From NCBI GenBank assembly GCA_963823665.1, contig CAWGMQ010000005.1, positions 576,001 through 640,000 of the forward strand: a stretch of DNA of 64,000 bases. The letters run 5' to 3'. Both the position numbers and the translations under genes were made by a program. The number at the start of each line of letters is the position of its first letter. Position 1 is the first letter of the stretch. This DNA comes from an uncultured Planctomycetota bacterium. GTDB taxonomy: Bacteria; Planctomycetota; Planctomycetia; Isosphaerales; Isosphaeraceae. Positions 44,454-54,231 of this stretch are shown here, in pieces. The notes under the pieces were generated by a model. That model had not been told where the DNA came from. It did not search any database and worked only from the letters and a program-made list of their open reading frames with translations.

Positions 44454-45116
44454 ATGTCCTCGTTGTTCTCGAAGAAAGTGGCGGACGTCCTCGACAAGCT
44501 GTTCGCACAAGCCGAGGCCGAAGACCCTCCGCGATTCGAGCGCCTCCAGGCAGAATCCGCCCGCCTCGGCAAGCCGCCCGACGAATCGTGGGCTCACAGC
44601 GTGCTCGCTGAAGTCTTCATGCCGGTCGATCGAGCCGGCGGCCGGTTTCTCTACTCGCTTGCTCGGGCCGGGGGAAGCCGTCTCATCGTCGAGTTCGGCA
44701 CCTCCTTCGGCATCTCGACCATCCACCTCGCCGCCGCCGTCCGCGACAACGGCGGCGGCCGAGTGGTAACCACCGAGATGGAGCCGAACAACGTAACCCG
44801 GGCTCGCGAGCACCTCGACGAAGCCGGCTTGCTCGACTGCGTCGAGATGCGCCAAGGAGACGCGCTCGAGACCCTCAAGTCGCTCGACACTACGATCGAT
44901 CTGCTCTTTCTCGACGGCTGGAAGAAACTCTATCTGCCGCTCCTTCAGCTTCTCGAGCCTCGCCTGCGGCCCGGATCTGCAATCGTCGGCGACGACACGC
45001 AGCTCTTTCCCGATGAGATGCGACCCTACCTCGACTACGTGCGCAACCCTGCGAACGGCTACGTCTCGGTGGAGATCCCCATCGGCGACGGCATGGAGCT
45101 TTCGATTCGGCAATGA
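44454..45116 (+). CDS. Class I SAM-dependent O-methyltransferase
   Basis: VEFGTSFGIS, GDALETL, LFLDGWK. Confidence 0.92.
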   Translation: MSSLFSKKVADVLDKLFAQAEAEDPPRFERLQAESARLGKPPDESWAHSVLAEVFMPVDRAGGRFLYSLARAGGSRLIVEFGTSFGISTIHLAAAVRDNGGGRVVTTEMEPNNVTRAREHLDEAGLLDCVEMRQGDALETLKSLDTTIDLLFLDGWKKLYLPLLQLLEPRLRPGSAIVGDDTQLFPDEMRPYLDYVRNPANGYVSVEIPIGDGMELSIRQ

Positions 45117-45282
45117 CGCTTCCACATTTCTCCAGGTGGCACTGGCACCGCTGACCCAGCCCCGGCTAGAGTCAATGTGTCCAATCGGCCCGTTCGCCTC
45201 GAGGCGCTCTTGGCGAACGCCTAAGCGGCCACGTTCCACGGAAACAATTCACTCTCCACATTCGAAAAGAGAGGGCACGGCG

Positions 45283-45999
45283 ATGACCAGGTTCCGGCTC
45301 TCGCTCGCGCTGGCAGGGATTCTGATCGCGGCAGGGAGCACTGCGCCCGCGAGCGCACAAACCAAAACCAAACAACAGGACGAAGCGGTCAAGGAGCGCG
45401 ATCGCACGTTCGACACGCTGCTCGCTGCCGCTCTCAAAGAACCCAGGAAGGCCGACTGGAAGGCCGTCCGCCACGCCTTCTCACAGACCAGCCACTACAG
45501 CCCATACGGCGGCTCCTGGCGAGAAGACGCCGGCAAAGTCGTCAAGAACATGAAAGATGGCAAGCTCAAGGAAGCCGAAGCCGGCTTGAGCAAGCTGATG
45601 GAAAGCGAACGCTCCATGCGCATCGACAGCCATGCCATGGCCGCTGCGCTCTACGAACAACTGGGAGATTCCGATAAGGCACGAAAACACAAGGAAATCT
45701 TCGAGGCCCTGTCATTCACCGTCTTCCCGCGCGGCGAGGGAATGACCATGGACAATTCCTTCGAGGTCCTTTTCATCGAGGAAGAATACACCGCGCTCGG
45801 GCTGATGGGTTTGAGAGTGAAACAACAGGCGCTCACCGAGCGCAACGGCCACAAATATGACGTTCTCACAACCCATTCCAAACCTGGTGAGCCGGAGCGT
45901 GTCCTGTACTTCAACATCGACATGCCCTGGAAATCTCTCGAAGCCGGCTTCTCGAAGGTGTTCGAGAAGTCCGAGACGGCTCCGCCCAAGAAAAAATAA
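45283..45999 (+). CDS. Secreted DUF4919-like protein
   Basis: Signal peptide ending ASA; YSPY, VLFIEEEY, QQAL..NGHKYDVL, LYFNID. Confidence 0.65.
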   Translation: MTRFRLSLALAGILIAAGSTAPASAQTKTKQQDEAVKERDRTFDTLLAAALKEPRKADWKAVRHAFSQTSHYSPYGGSWREDAGKVVKNMKDGKLKEAEAGLSKLMESERSMRIDSHAMAAALYEQLGDSDKARKHKEIFEALSFTVFPRGEGMTMDNSFEVLFIEEEYTALGLMGLRVKQQALTERNGHKYDVLTTHSKPGEPERVLYFNIDMPWKSLEAGFSKVFEKSETAPPKKK

Positions 46000-46040
46000 C
46001 TCGTTTGATGTGTTGTTGCATAAATGGTTGAATGTCCATA

Positions 46041-47069
46041 ATGAGCACGATTCTGGTTACCGGCGGGTCGGGATTCATCGGCAGCCATTGCATCCTCCAG
46101 CTCCTTGCCGCCGGCCATCAGGTGCGAGCGACCGTCCGGAGCATCAGCCGCGAGGGCGATGTGCGCGCCGCCCTCGCGAAGGCCGGAGCGGATCCAGCCG
46201 ATCGCTTGTCTTTCGTCGCCGCCGATCTCGAAAAAGACGCCGGCTGGCCGGCGGCCGTCGCCGGCTGTGATTACGTGCTCCACGTGGCCTCCCCTTTTCC
46301 CCCGAGCATCCCCAAGCACGAGGACGAGTTGATTGTGCCTGCGCGCGAAGGCACACTTCGCGTGCTGCGCACCTGCCGCGACGCCGGTGTCGAGCGCGTC
46401 GTGGTGACATCATCGTTCGCGGCGATCGGCTATGGCCATGACTCGCAGAAAACGACGTATGACGAGACGAGCTGGACCGACCCGAATGGCCCAGACGTCC
46501 TCCCCTACGTCAAATCGAAGACCTTGGCCGAGCGCGCCGCCTGGGATTTTATCGCGCGCGAAGGCGGTAGCCTCGAGCTCTCCGTCGTCAATCCCGTGGG
46601 CGTGCTCGGGCCCGTCCTGGGCGCCGACTACTCGACTTCCATCCTGCTCGTGCAACGCCTCATGGACGGCGCCATGCCCGGCTGCCCGAAGCTCTGTTTC
46701 GGGATCGTCGACGTGCGTGACGTGGCCGACTTGCACCTCCGCGCCATGACTCATCCCGCCGCCCGAGGAGAGCGCTTCCTCGCCATCGCCGGCGATTTCC
46801 TGTCGATGCAGGACATCGCCAGGGTGCTCAAGCACCGCATGGGGGCGGCGGCCAGAAGAGTGCCGAGCTGGCAACTGCCCAACTGGCTGGTTCGCATCGC
46901 CGCGATGCGCGATCCCGCAGCCAAGCAAATCCTCCCCGAGCTCGGCAAGAAGAAGAATGCCACCAACGAGAAGGCCAGGCGCCTCCTCGGCTGGGCGCCG
47001 CGCTCGAACGAGGAGTGCGTCGTCGCCACCGCCGAGAGCTTGGTTCGCCTCGGACTGCTGAAGGCGTGA
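46041..47069 (+). CDS. NAD-dependent epimerase/dehydratase (aldehyde reductase/DFR-like extended SDR)
   Basis: VTGGSGFIG, HVASP, TSS, YVKSK, VDVRDVA. Confidence 0.92.
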   Translation: MSTILVTGGSGFIGSHCILQLLAAGHQVRATVRSISREGDVRAALAKAGADPADRLSFVAADLEKDAGWPAAVAGCDYVLHVASPFPPSIPKHEDELIVPAREGTLRVLRTCRDAGVERVVVTSSFAAIGYGHDSQKTTYDETSWTDPNGPDVLPYVKSKTLAERAAWDFIAREGGSLELSVVNPVGVLGPVLGADYSTSILLVQRLMDGAMPGCPKLCFGIVDVRDVADLHLRAMTHPAARGERFLAIAGDFLSMQDIARVLKHRMGAAARRVPSWQLPNWLVRIAAMRDPAAKQILPELGKKKNATNEKARRLLGWAPRSNEECVVATAESLVRLGLLKA

Positions 47070-47072
47070 CCA

Positions 47073-48146
47073 CTACCTCGCGATGGCGCCGGGATCAATC
47101 CCCGACTTCAAACTGAACTTCGCCCCGACGGCTCCGACCGCGCAGGATGTCCGCGGAAGCTCGAGCCGTTGTCTCAGCCCGAAAACCGATTCGATTCCGG
47201 TGCAATGGGCCCCGAGAAATTTCTGGAGCCCCATCGTGCGGAGCTTCTCCGCGGTCCAGTCGAGCGTCTGCGCGTCGGCCTCGAAGAGGTGGAAACCGCC
47301 CAGTGCGGCGTGCACGCGGCTTGGACGCACGCTCTGCCGCGCGTACTCGAGGGTATTGATGATCCCGGCGTGTCCGCAGCCGGAAATGAGCACCAGTCCT
47401 TGATCGCTATCGATCACGAGCGACATGTCCTCAGGAACGTTGTCTTCAACCAGTGAGCCGTCCTCCTTGCGGATCTTTCGCTGGAGGCTCCAGTTCCGTT
47501 CCGGGTGGGTGCGCGGCACCGGACCCGTCAGCCACACCGCCGGCAGAATCTCCTTCGGCTTGTCGATCACGATGAATGAGCCGCCGAGCTCCTCATACGG
47601 CTTCTTGAGCAGAGCCGTCTCGTTGGTCTCCTTCGCCTGAGGCCCCGGCCGGGAAAGGAAAATTCCCGCGCCGACGTATGCTCGCTCCAGCGCATGAGTA
47701 TTTCCCTTCATCAGCTCTCGCCGGAGCGTGAGCAGACCGCCGACGTGGTCCCCGTGGTGGTGGCTGAGGATCACGTCGGTCACGTCGCTCAAATCAATCT
47801 TCAGCTCGCGAGCGTTTTGCAAGACCGTCTCGGGCCGCGCGCCGGTGTCGAACAGGATGAGACGCCCGTGTACCTCGACTAGCGCCGAGAACCCCCACTC
47901 GCCTACGCCGGCCCGATCCGTGAGCATCGTCGAGAGGACCGTGACCTCAAGCGTCTTGACTTGCCCCAGACCACCGGGTTTCGGCACAGCGGCAGCGACG
48001 GGCTGTTCTTGAATCAATTCTCCGGCGGACGCCGCCGAAAGCGGCTGCGGCACCAATAGAGCGGCTGCGATTGTGAACCATCGCGCGGCGACCGCGCTGG
48101 AGTTCCTAAGGCTAATCCCACGAATGTGCTGATCTGAGCGTCGCAT
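47073..48146 (-). CDS. Secreted MBL-fold metallo-hydrolase
   Basis: GEWGFS, FDTG, SHHHGDHVGG, GCGHAG, GGFHL, HCTG. Confidence 0.9.
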   Translation of the reverse strand: MRRSDQHIRGISLRNSSAVAARWFTIAAALLVPQPLSAASAGELIQEQPVAAAVPKPGGLGQVKTLEVTVLSTMLTDRAGVGEWGFSALVEVHGRLILFDTGARPETVLQNARELKIDLSDVTDVILSHHHGDHVGGLLTLRRELMKGNTHALERAYVGAGIFLSRPGPQAKETNETALLKKPYEELGGSFIVIDKPKEILPAVWLTGPVPRTHPERNWSLQRKIRKEDGSLVEDNVPEDMSLVIDSDQGLVLISGCGHAGIINTLEYARQSVRPSRVHAALGGFHLFEADAQTLDWTAEKLRTMGLQKFLGAHCTGIESVFGLRQRLELPRTSCAVGAVGAKFSLKSGIDPGAIAR

Positions 48147-48197
48147 TGATGTCTAGTCTCACGAAGGGGGCGGCATGTGTGCGGGCATTGCGACCGC

Positions 48198-48410
48198 TCA
48201 TGCCGACTTGGCTTTGTGCTTCGCCAGCAGCCGCCGGATTTGGGGAAGCAACTCCTCGGGAACAGTGATGACAGTCTGTCCCTTCTGGTTGGCAGCAACG
48301 GCTGCCTCGTCTTCTGCAACTTGTTCCTCCTCGGACAGGCCCTCGTAGTGCTCGATCAAGCGTTTAACGCGTTCTGCGTTCCAACCAGCGGGGAATTTCG
48401 ATTCGCTCAT
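48198..48410 (-). CDS. Small putative antitoxin-like protein (70 aa)
   Basis: MSESKFPAGWNAERVKRLIEHYE...VPEELLPQIRRLL; GGAGG RBS; ATGA overlap with an upstream gene remnant. Confidence 0.7.
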   Translation of the reverse strand: MSESKFPAGWNAERVKRLIEHYEGLSEEEQVAEDEAAVAANQKGQTVITVPEELLPQIRRLLAKHKAKSA

Positions 48411-48478
48411 CGACGCTTCCTCCTCCGAAATGCACGCAATGGCTTTCCGCGGATTTCGTATGCCGTGACCACGAAGAT
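48407..48478 (-). pseudogene. C-terminal remnant of a BrnT/DUF4258-like toxin partner
   Basis: IFVVTAYEIRGKPLRAFRRRKRR-stop, coupled to the next ATG; no recognisable N-terminal part. Confidence 0.55.
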
Positions 48479-48762
48479 GCATGATGAGCGTTGCTCCGAC
48501 CCAAAGAATCATACAATACCGGCTCACCCGTGGGTAAGGAACGGACCTGGAAGGACTTCCCGATCTTGCCTTGCGAAAGGTCGACAGTTCGGCGCGGGTC
48601 TCTGACCCCGCCATCTGCCTGACCGAAGGTCTCCCGCCGGGACGGTTGTGGAGATAACGTGCCGTCATTCCCGGCGCACTCTTGAGGAAAAGCCCGTCGC
48701 CGCGGAATATCGAAACGGTTCAAGGTAGCGGGGCCCACGTCGAATCCCGGAGCAGAGCGTTC

Positions 48763-49500
48763 ATGTCGCACAATCCAGATTCAAGCACCAGCAAGTCCGG
48801 GCGGTTTCCTTCGACCCACTGGAGCCTTGTTATCAGAGCAGGGTCACCCGGATCGCCGCAGGCCCGCGCGGCCTTGGCCGATCTGTGCTCCGCTTACTGG
48901 TATCCGATTTACGCGCTCATCAGGCGAAAGGGCAATGCCCATGATCAAGCGCTCGACCTCACCCAGGAGTTCTTTGCTCATTTGCTCGAGCGCGGCAGTA
49001 TCGCCGCGGCCAACCCTCGCGAGGGCCGATTCCGCGCGTTCTTGCGCACCGATTGCCAGCACTTCCTGATCGATCAGTTCCGCCGAATGACGGCACGACG
49101 CCGTGGAACGCCAACCGTTTCGATCAACGCGCACGGGGCGGAGGACCGCTATCGCTTCGAGCCGGCCGACACGTTCACCCCCGACCGCCTGTTCGACCGT
49201 GCCTGGGCCCTGACATTGCTCGAGAAGGTCCTCGACCTGCTGGCCCGCGAATTCGCCGCGAAGGGCCAATCCGAGTTGTTCGAGAAGCTGAAGATCGTGC
49301 TCACCCAAGGGAAGGGCTCAGTGCCAGCCGCGACCCTGGCCGCGCAGCTCGGCAAAAGCGAGGAGGCCGTTCACATGGCCGCTCACCGTCTGCGGAAGCG
49401 CTACCGCGAGATTCTCGAGGAACAGATCGCCGCGACCCTTGACGACCCGTCCGAGATGGAAGACGAAATTCGGTCGTTGTTTGAGGCAATCGCGACCTAA
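48763..49500 (+). CDS. ECF sigma-70 factor, paralog of 31333..32079, with no adjacent kinase
   Basis: FPSTHWSLV, YWYPIYAL, FDRAWALTLL, HRLRKRYREILEEQIAATLDDPSE. Confidence 0.9.
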   Translation: MSHNPDSSTSKSGRFPSTHWSLVIRAGSPGSPQARAALADLCSAYWYPIYALIRRKGNAHDQALDLTQEFFAHLLERGSIAAANPREGRFRAFLRTDCQHFLIDQFRRMTARRRGTPTVSINAHGAEDRYRFEPADTFTPDRLFDRAWALTLLEKVLDLLAREFAAKGQSELFEKLKIVLTQGKGSVPAATLAAQLGKSEEAVHMAAHRLRKRYREILEEQIAATLDDPSEMEDEIRSLFEAIAT

Positions 49501-49577
49501 GCGACGATCGCCGACTTGTCCAGCAAGGTCAAGTAACCGATAATCACAATGCACGACGACAAGTCGACTAGCTTCGA

Positions 49578-49928
49578 TTGGAGCAATTTCTGGTGTCCAC
49601 GCCATCCTCGCTCGACCACGAAACGCCGTTGCTGGACAACTGCGCCGCGACGCCTGCAGACGGCGCTTCCCTTCTCGACAGGGAAATCCCGCCGATGATC
49701 CGGGTTGCTCAAGCGGCATTTCTGCGTGATTTGCCGCAGTTGATCGGGGGACATCGACGAAGCTGGGTGGCCTACCACGGCAATCGGCGCGTTGCGATCG
49801 GCTCGTCCAAACGGCAGCTCTTCAAGGAGTGCACCGTCCAAAAACTTCCGCCCGACGAATTCATCGTGCCGCTTATCGAAGTCGAGATGCCCGAGGAATT
49901 CGATTGGAACGATTCCCGCGACGTTTAA
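49578..49928 (+). CDS. Hypothetical protein (DUF5678-like); start uncertain
   Basis: AFLRDLPQL...WVAYHGNRRVAIG pattern. Confidence 0.5.
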   Translation: MEQFLVSTPSSLDHETPLLDNCAATPADGASLLDREIPPMIRVAQAAFLRDLPQLIGGHRRSWVAYHGNRRVAIGSSKRQLFKECTVQKLPPDEFIVPLIEVEMPEEFDWNDSRDV

Positions 49929-50008
49929 GCCTGTAACCTGGCGGGACACTGGACTTGTGTTTCGCCGTTCCGACGGATCATGAACGGCCCGCCAGAACGA
50001 CTCATTTT

Positions 50009-50185
50009 TCAGTCGATCGGCACAGCGCGGGTTCTATCTTTCTTGGCGTAGTCACCCTCCAGGCGAGCCTTCACCTGATCGGTATCTTTGCCGTCCACTT
50101 CGTCGAGCGTCGCCGCTTCTCCGTCGACTTTCCACTTGAACTGGAACTCCATCCCGACTGGCACCACATTGAGCTGCTCGGGCCT
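50009..50185 (-). pseudogene. C-terminal fragment of an unknown protein
   Basis: Coding-like VPVGMEFQFKWKVDGEAATLDEVDG...LEGDY with no credible 5' end. Confidence 0.4.
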
Positions 50186-50575
50186 GAGGATCCTCCAGGC
50201 GATGCCCGTGAGTACTTGTTGACCGTGCTCCTGCGGCTCGGGGCTTATTTCGCCGAGGTCATCCCCCTGGCCCTTCGAGTCATGATGCACCCGTCGTTCG
50301 ACCCGGATTCGTTCTCCCGCACCGTACCCGGCGGCCCGGTGGAGCTGCGGGAGGGCCTGGCAAAACGGCTGGCCTCACTCGCGCACGGCAGCAGCTTTCG
50401 ATCTCGGACGAAGTCGTGCTGGCACGTCTCCTCCTGAGCCTCGCGCACGACTGGGCGCTGGGAGTCGCGTTCGCCCACGGGAAGGTTCCCAGAAACGACC
50501 GCAGGCTGGAGGAATTCTTGGAGGTTCTGTGGAAGGGGCTGAATCGGCGAGAGGGGTGAGAGACACTCGTCGGTT
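50170..50575 (+). pseudogene. C-terminal fragment of a TetR-like regulator
   Basis: GDAREYLLTVLLRLGAYFAEVIP...EEFLEVLWKGL, frameshifted, no HTH. Confidence 0.45.
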
Positions 50576-50890
50576 AGCTGGAGCGCTTGACTCGCCGGCT
50601 TTTCGCTGTGGTTGCTTTTCGTTCTTGCGCGCGTTTGCGAACAGCGTCCCAGAAGTCCGCCTCGGACAAGCCCTTCCCATGCTTGATGCTTTGCCTGGAG
50701 CGGTTGAGGAGCGATTGAAAACGCGGTGAACGCTCGAGCATAAGCCGTTCCAAGTCATCGTCGTCGTACGGAACCAGTAGCACGGCCACGGCTTTGCCAT
50801 TGCGAGTGATGACCAGAGGGCCCTGCGCGCCGCACTCGTCCAGATAAGCGCTCAATCGCGCCTTCACGTCCGCCAGGGCGCAATCCTCAT
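50574..50890 (-). CDS. Phd/YefM-family antitoxin, 1-nt frameshift near 50878
   Basis: MRIA(P)LADVKARLSAYL..GPLVITRNGKAVAVL; GAGGAG RBS. Confidence 0.85.
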
Positions 50891-50935
50891 AACTCGTACT
50901 CCTCTGCTCCGATCAGAAGCCGGTTGCGATCTTTT
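50887..50935 (-). pseudogene. C-terminal remnant of a RelE/ParE-like toxin
   Basis: KDRNRLLIGAEEYEL-stop with ATGA overlap onto the antitoxin. Confidence 0.55.
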
Positions 50936-50939
50936 GACT

Positions 50940-51178
50940 AGAATTCTAGTCTATTTGGCGGCGCCGTCAATGCCTCGCGTGGGGCAATCCCTGAAGACCT
51001 GGCTCCCATCCTGGACCGGCTGGGTGTGGATCGATCGAATTGGGTGCACACGGTGCGCGACTTCGGTCGCATGTTCAAGCAAGCGGCAGGTCGAGCGAGT
51101 TCGCTTGTGCGCGCTGCACCACGTTGTTCGCGGCGCTGGTTTTAGGGGAAGGCGGCCGCGCAAGTCGCGTTTCGGTAA
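50940..51178 (+). mobile_element. C-terminal remnant of a Y1/RAYT-like transposase
   Basis: GAIPEDLAPILDRLGVDRSNWVHTVRDFGRMFKQAAG...WF*GKAAAQVAFR, with an internal TAG; family recognised from memory. Confidence 0.6.
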
Positions 51179-51695
51179 GTAAGCGGCCCGCTCGCGGGCC
51201 CCGGTCGCAGCGGCAGACGCGGAATTCGATTGGATTTGAGGCCGGCCAGCAGTTCCCTTTCGCCGGCGCGGCAAGCGACGAAGCAGCGCCGTCCATATCG
51301 AGCGGTTCGCAGCAACCGACGCGTGCGAGCGCCGGTGACCTACCCAAGCGCACACGATTGCTGACCGAGCGTGGTGCGGGCGTCTGCTGTGCGCGGCGTT
51401 GGCCGCGAGGCACCCAGTGATCGCGGGACGCGAATTGGTGCGAGTCACGCGTTCAAGCTCCATACTCAAACCTGGCTCGAAATCGGGTAAAACAAGGCTC
51501 AGCGAAGCGTGGCTTTCATTGACAATTAGCCAATTCCCTATGTACAAGGCACAACGATGAAGCTTCTCGTGACCGTCGGGCCCTGGTTGATGGCGCTGCT
51601 CAAGAGTTGTGTCGCAACATTGCTCGCCGGTCTCGTTTTGCGGGTGGCCGGCGCCATGCTTTGAGACGGACGATCCAACTCTCAGGAGGCGACTT

Positions 51696-52164
51696 TTGTC
51701 GATATACGAAACGCTCAACGCTCTTGACATCAAGCTTCCCGAATTGGCGCCGCCGGTGGCAGCCTATGTACCTTTTGTGCGCCGGCAATTTGCTTTTCCT
51801 GTCTGGTCATATCGCCAAGGCCGACGGCAAGCCTTGGGTAGGCCAGCTTGGGGCGAATCTCACGACCGTAGAGGGCAAAGAAGCGGCTCGTGCTGTGGCC
51901 ATCGATCTCTTGGGCACACTTCATGCCGCGGTCGGCGACCTGAACCAGATCAAGCGCATCGTCAAGCTGATGGTTCTCGTGAATAGTACTCGAGCATTCA
52001 CCGAACACCATTTGGTGGCCAATGGTGCTTCGGAACTCTTCGCCCAAGTGTTCGGAGATGCGGGAATGCACACTCGCAGCGCCTTCGGGGTCGCGCAAGT
52101 CCCATTGGGATCCTGTGTGGAAATTGACCTGATCGCGGAGGTGGACGATCAATGGCCCAGGTGA
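51696..52164 (+). CDS. RidA/YjgF-family protein, frameshift near 51780
   Basis: AGGAGG RBS and TTG start; LPELAPPVAAYVPFV / LFLSGH...VANGASELF..HTRSAFGVAQVPLGSCVEID. Confidence 0.88.
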
Positions 52165-52397
52165 CGTCCGTCGCCGTACGCTCCACGTGGCGATCGATGC
52201 ACAGAACGGTGCGGATGGAATCTACATCGGCGGTCATGTCACGCCGATTGTCAAGGCTGTCATGACGCTCGGTGGCAATGACGACTCACGCGAGATTTGA
52301 CGATCCGGGCCGGTTCAAGCCGCGCCCCAGGCGGCACCATGACGCGATCCCTACGTCCCCGACGTGCAATTGCATCGCAAACGATCTTGGAACAGGT

Positions 52398-52476
52398 ACG
52401 CACTTTCGCGGAGCGAAAGGCGACGATTGGGGCGGGAACGGGGAGGACCCTTCGCGGAGCGAAGGGCGACAATGGG
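52398..52476 (+). repeat. Two tandem REP-like elements (TTCGC-GGA-GCGAA)
   Basis: CTTTCGCGGAGCGAAAGGCGAC at 52403 and CCTTCGCGGAGCGAAGGGCGAC at 52449. Confidence 0.85.
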
Positions 52477-52627
52477 GTGGAGTCTGCCGATGCCTTTGGA
52501 CTGGACGGCGGTGGAGGGGTTCGTTCCCTTAATCCTTGCAGGGAAAGGGCGCGCGTCGAATATACAAAACGAACTGGTGGGCGGTTGTGGAGGGGCGGAG
52601 GGGAACAACCGCGTGTCGGCGCTGGGG

Positions 52628-52675
52628 TTGCCGCGGAGCGGCAGCGGGGACGTTCCGACGCGGAGCGTGGGAACG
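52628..52675 (+). repeat. REP-like hairpin pair
   Basis: TGCCGC-GGA-GCGGCA and CGTTCCGACGC-GGA-GCGTGGGAACG; a degenerate relative lies at 37741..37766. Confidence 0.7.
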
Positions 52676-52790
52676 GCGATGCCGAACCGCTCTCTTCCGT
52701 TCCGCGCTGGCGGCTCATATGCTAGCGAGCAGTTAGGCGGAAGCGCACGCGTGCGACCAATCTGTTGTCCCAGAATCCTCGGAGGACACG

Positions 52791-54200
52791 ATGCCCCACT
52801 CTCTCTCCGACTCGCGCCGCTCGTTCCTCAAATCTGCGGCGGTGGCCTCCGCTGCGGCTTCCCTCACCACAACCGCGCTTGCCGAAGACGTTCATGAGCT
52901 CAAGCGCACTGTTGAGCCGTCCAAGGCCACCGGCCCGAATGACAAGCTCCAGATCGCCACCATCGGTATGGGAATCATCGGCTTCATCGACACCACCTGC
53001 GCCCTCAAAGTCCCCGGCATCGAACTCGTCGCCGCCGCTGACTTGTACGAAGGCCGGCGCACGCATGCCAAGGAAGTCTTTGGCGATAAAATCGAGACCT
53101 ACGTCGACTATCGCGAGATCCTTGGCCGCAACGACGTCGACGCGGTGCTGATCTGCGTCCCCGACCACTGGCACGCGAAGATGTCGATCGACGCCATGCA
53201 CGCCGGCAAGGCAGTCTATTGCGAAAAGCCGATGATCCGCTCCGTCGACGAAGGTCCATCGGTCATCGCCGCCCAGAGTGAGACGAAGGCCACTTTCCAG
53301 GTCGGCAGCCAGTTCGCCAGCTCGATCCTCTACGACAAGGTCAAGGAGCTTATCGCGTCCGGGTCGCTCGGCAAGGTGCACGCGATCGAGGCGCGCTACA
53401 ACCGCAATTCGGATCTGGGCGCGTGGCAATACTCGATCCCGACGGACGCCTCCCCGGCCACGATCGACTGGGATCGCTTCCTCGGTGACGCCCCCAAGCA
53501 TCCTTTCGACCCCATTCGCTTCTTCCGCTGGCGGAATTACTGGGATTACGGCACCGCCGTGGCCGGCGATCTCTTCATTCACCTGCTCACCGGCATTCAC
53601 CATGCCACCGGAGCCATCGGCCCCACGCGAGTCGCCGCCATGGGCGGGCAGCGGTTCTGGAATGACGGGCGCGACGTCTACGACATCATCATGGGATTGC
53701 TCGACTATCCCGAGACGAACGCGCACGGCAGCTTCACACTCTCGCTCGTCACAGACTTCGAGGACGGCGGCGGCGGCGGCACAGCATTCCGCTTCGTCGG
53801 TACCGACGGTGTCCTCAACGTGAGCTTCACCGAGATGACTCTGACCAGGGCCGGCATCGAGCACGCTTCAGCCGACCAGGTATTGAAGGGATATAACTCG
53901 GTCACGACGTTCTCGAAAGCCCAGCAGAAGGACCTTGCCGAGAAGTACCTGGCCGAGCATCCGCGCTCGAGCGAGAAGCAACCATCGAAGTCGAGCGAGA
54001 AGTATGTCGTGCCCAAGGGCTACGACGAGCGCCTGGACCATTTCATCAACTTCTTCAACGCCGTGCGCGAGAAAAAGCCCGTATACGAAGACGCCACCTT
54101 CGGCTACCGCGCCGCTGCCCCGGCCTTGCTCTGCAATGAAAGCTACCGGCAGAAGCGCGAGATTGACTGGGATCCGATTGCGATGAAGGTCGTTTCATAG
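52791..54200 (+). CDS. Tat-exported Gfo/Idh/MocA oxidoreductase
   Basis: SRRSFLK, IGMGIIG, PDHWH, YCEKP, WRNYWDYG. Confidence 0.93.
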   Translation: MPHSLSDSRRSFLKSAAVASAAASLTTTALAEDVHELKRTVEPSKATGPNDKLQIATIGMGIIGFIDTTCALKVPGIELVAAADLYEGRRTHAKEVFGDKIETYVDYREILGRNDVDAVLICVPDHWHAKMSIDAMHAGKAVYCEKPMIRSVDEGPSVIAAQSETKATFQVGSQFASSILYDKVKELIASGSLGKVHAIEARYNRNSDLGAWQYSIPTDASPATIDWDRFLGDAPKHPFDPIRFFRWRNYWDYGTAVAGDLFIHLLTGIHHATGAIGPTRVAAMGGQRFWNDGRDVYDIIMGLLDYPETNAHGSFTLSLVTDFEDGGGGGTAFRFVGTDGVLNVSFTEMTLTRAGIEHASADQVLKGYNSVTTFSKAQQKDLAEKYLAEHPRSSEKQPSKSSEKYVVPKGYDERLDHFINFFNAVREKKPVYEDATFGYRAAAPALLCNESYRQKREIDWDPIAMKVVS

Positions 54201-54231
54201 CCCACCACTGCACCTTTTGCGTAGCAATCCC

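Noticed and set aside
32105..49938. GGTTACAGG after one ECF and its reverse complement after the paralog
   Set aside because: A single 9-mer match in opposite orientation is expected by chance in 64 kb.
51180..51520. Possible ncRNA or riboswitch in a long intergenic region
   Set aside because: No recognisable conserved motif; a covariance-model search would be needed.
51519..51548. TTGACA promoter upstream of the RidA gene
   Set aside because: The -35 is perfect but there is no convincing -10 at 16-18 nt spacing.
52398..52476. Two palindromic repeats as a mini-CRISPR
   Set aside because: Only two units, a short spacer and a dispersed third copy at 43811; this fits REP elements better.
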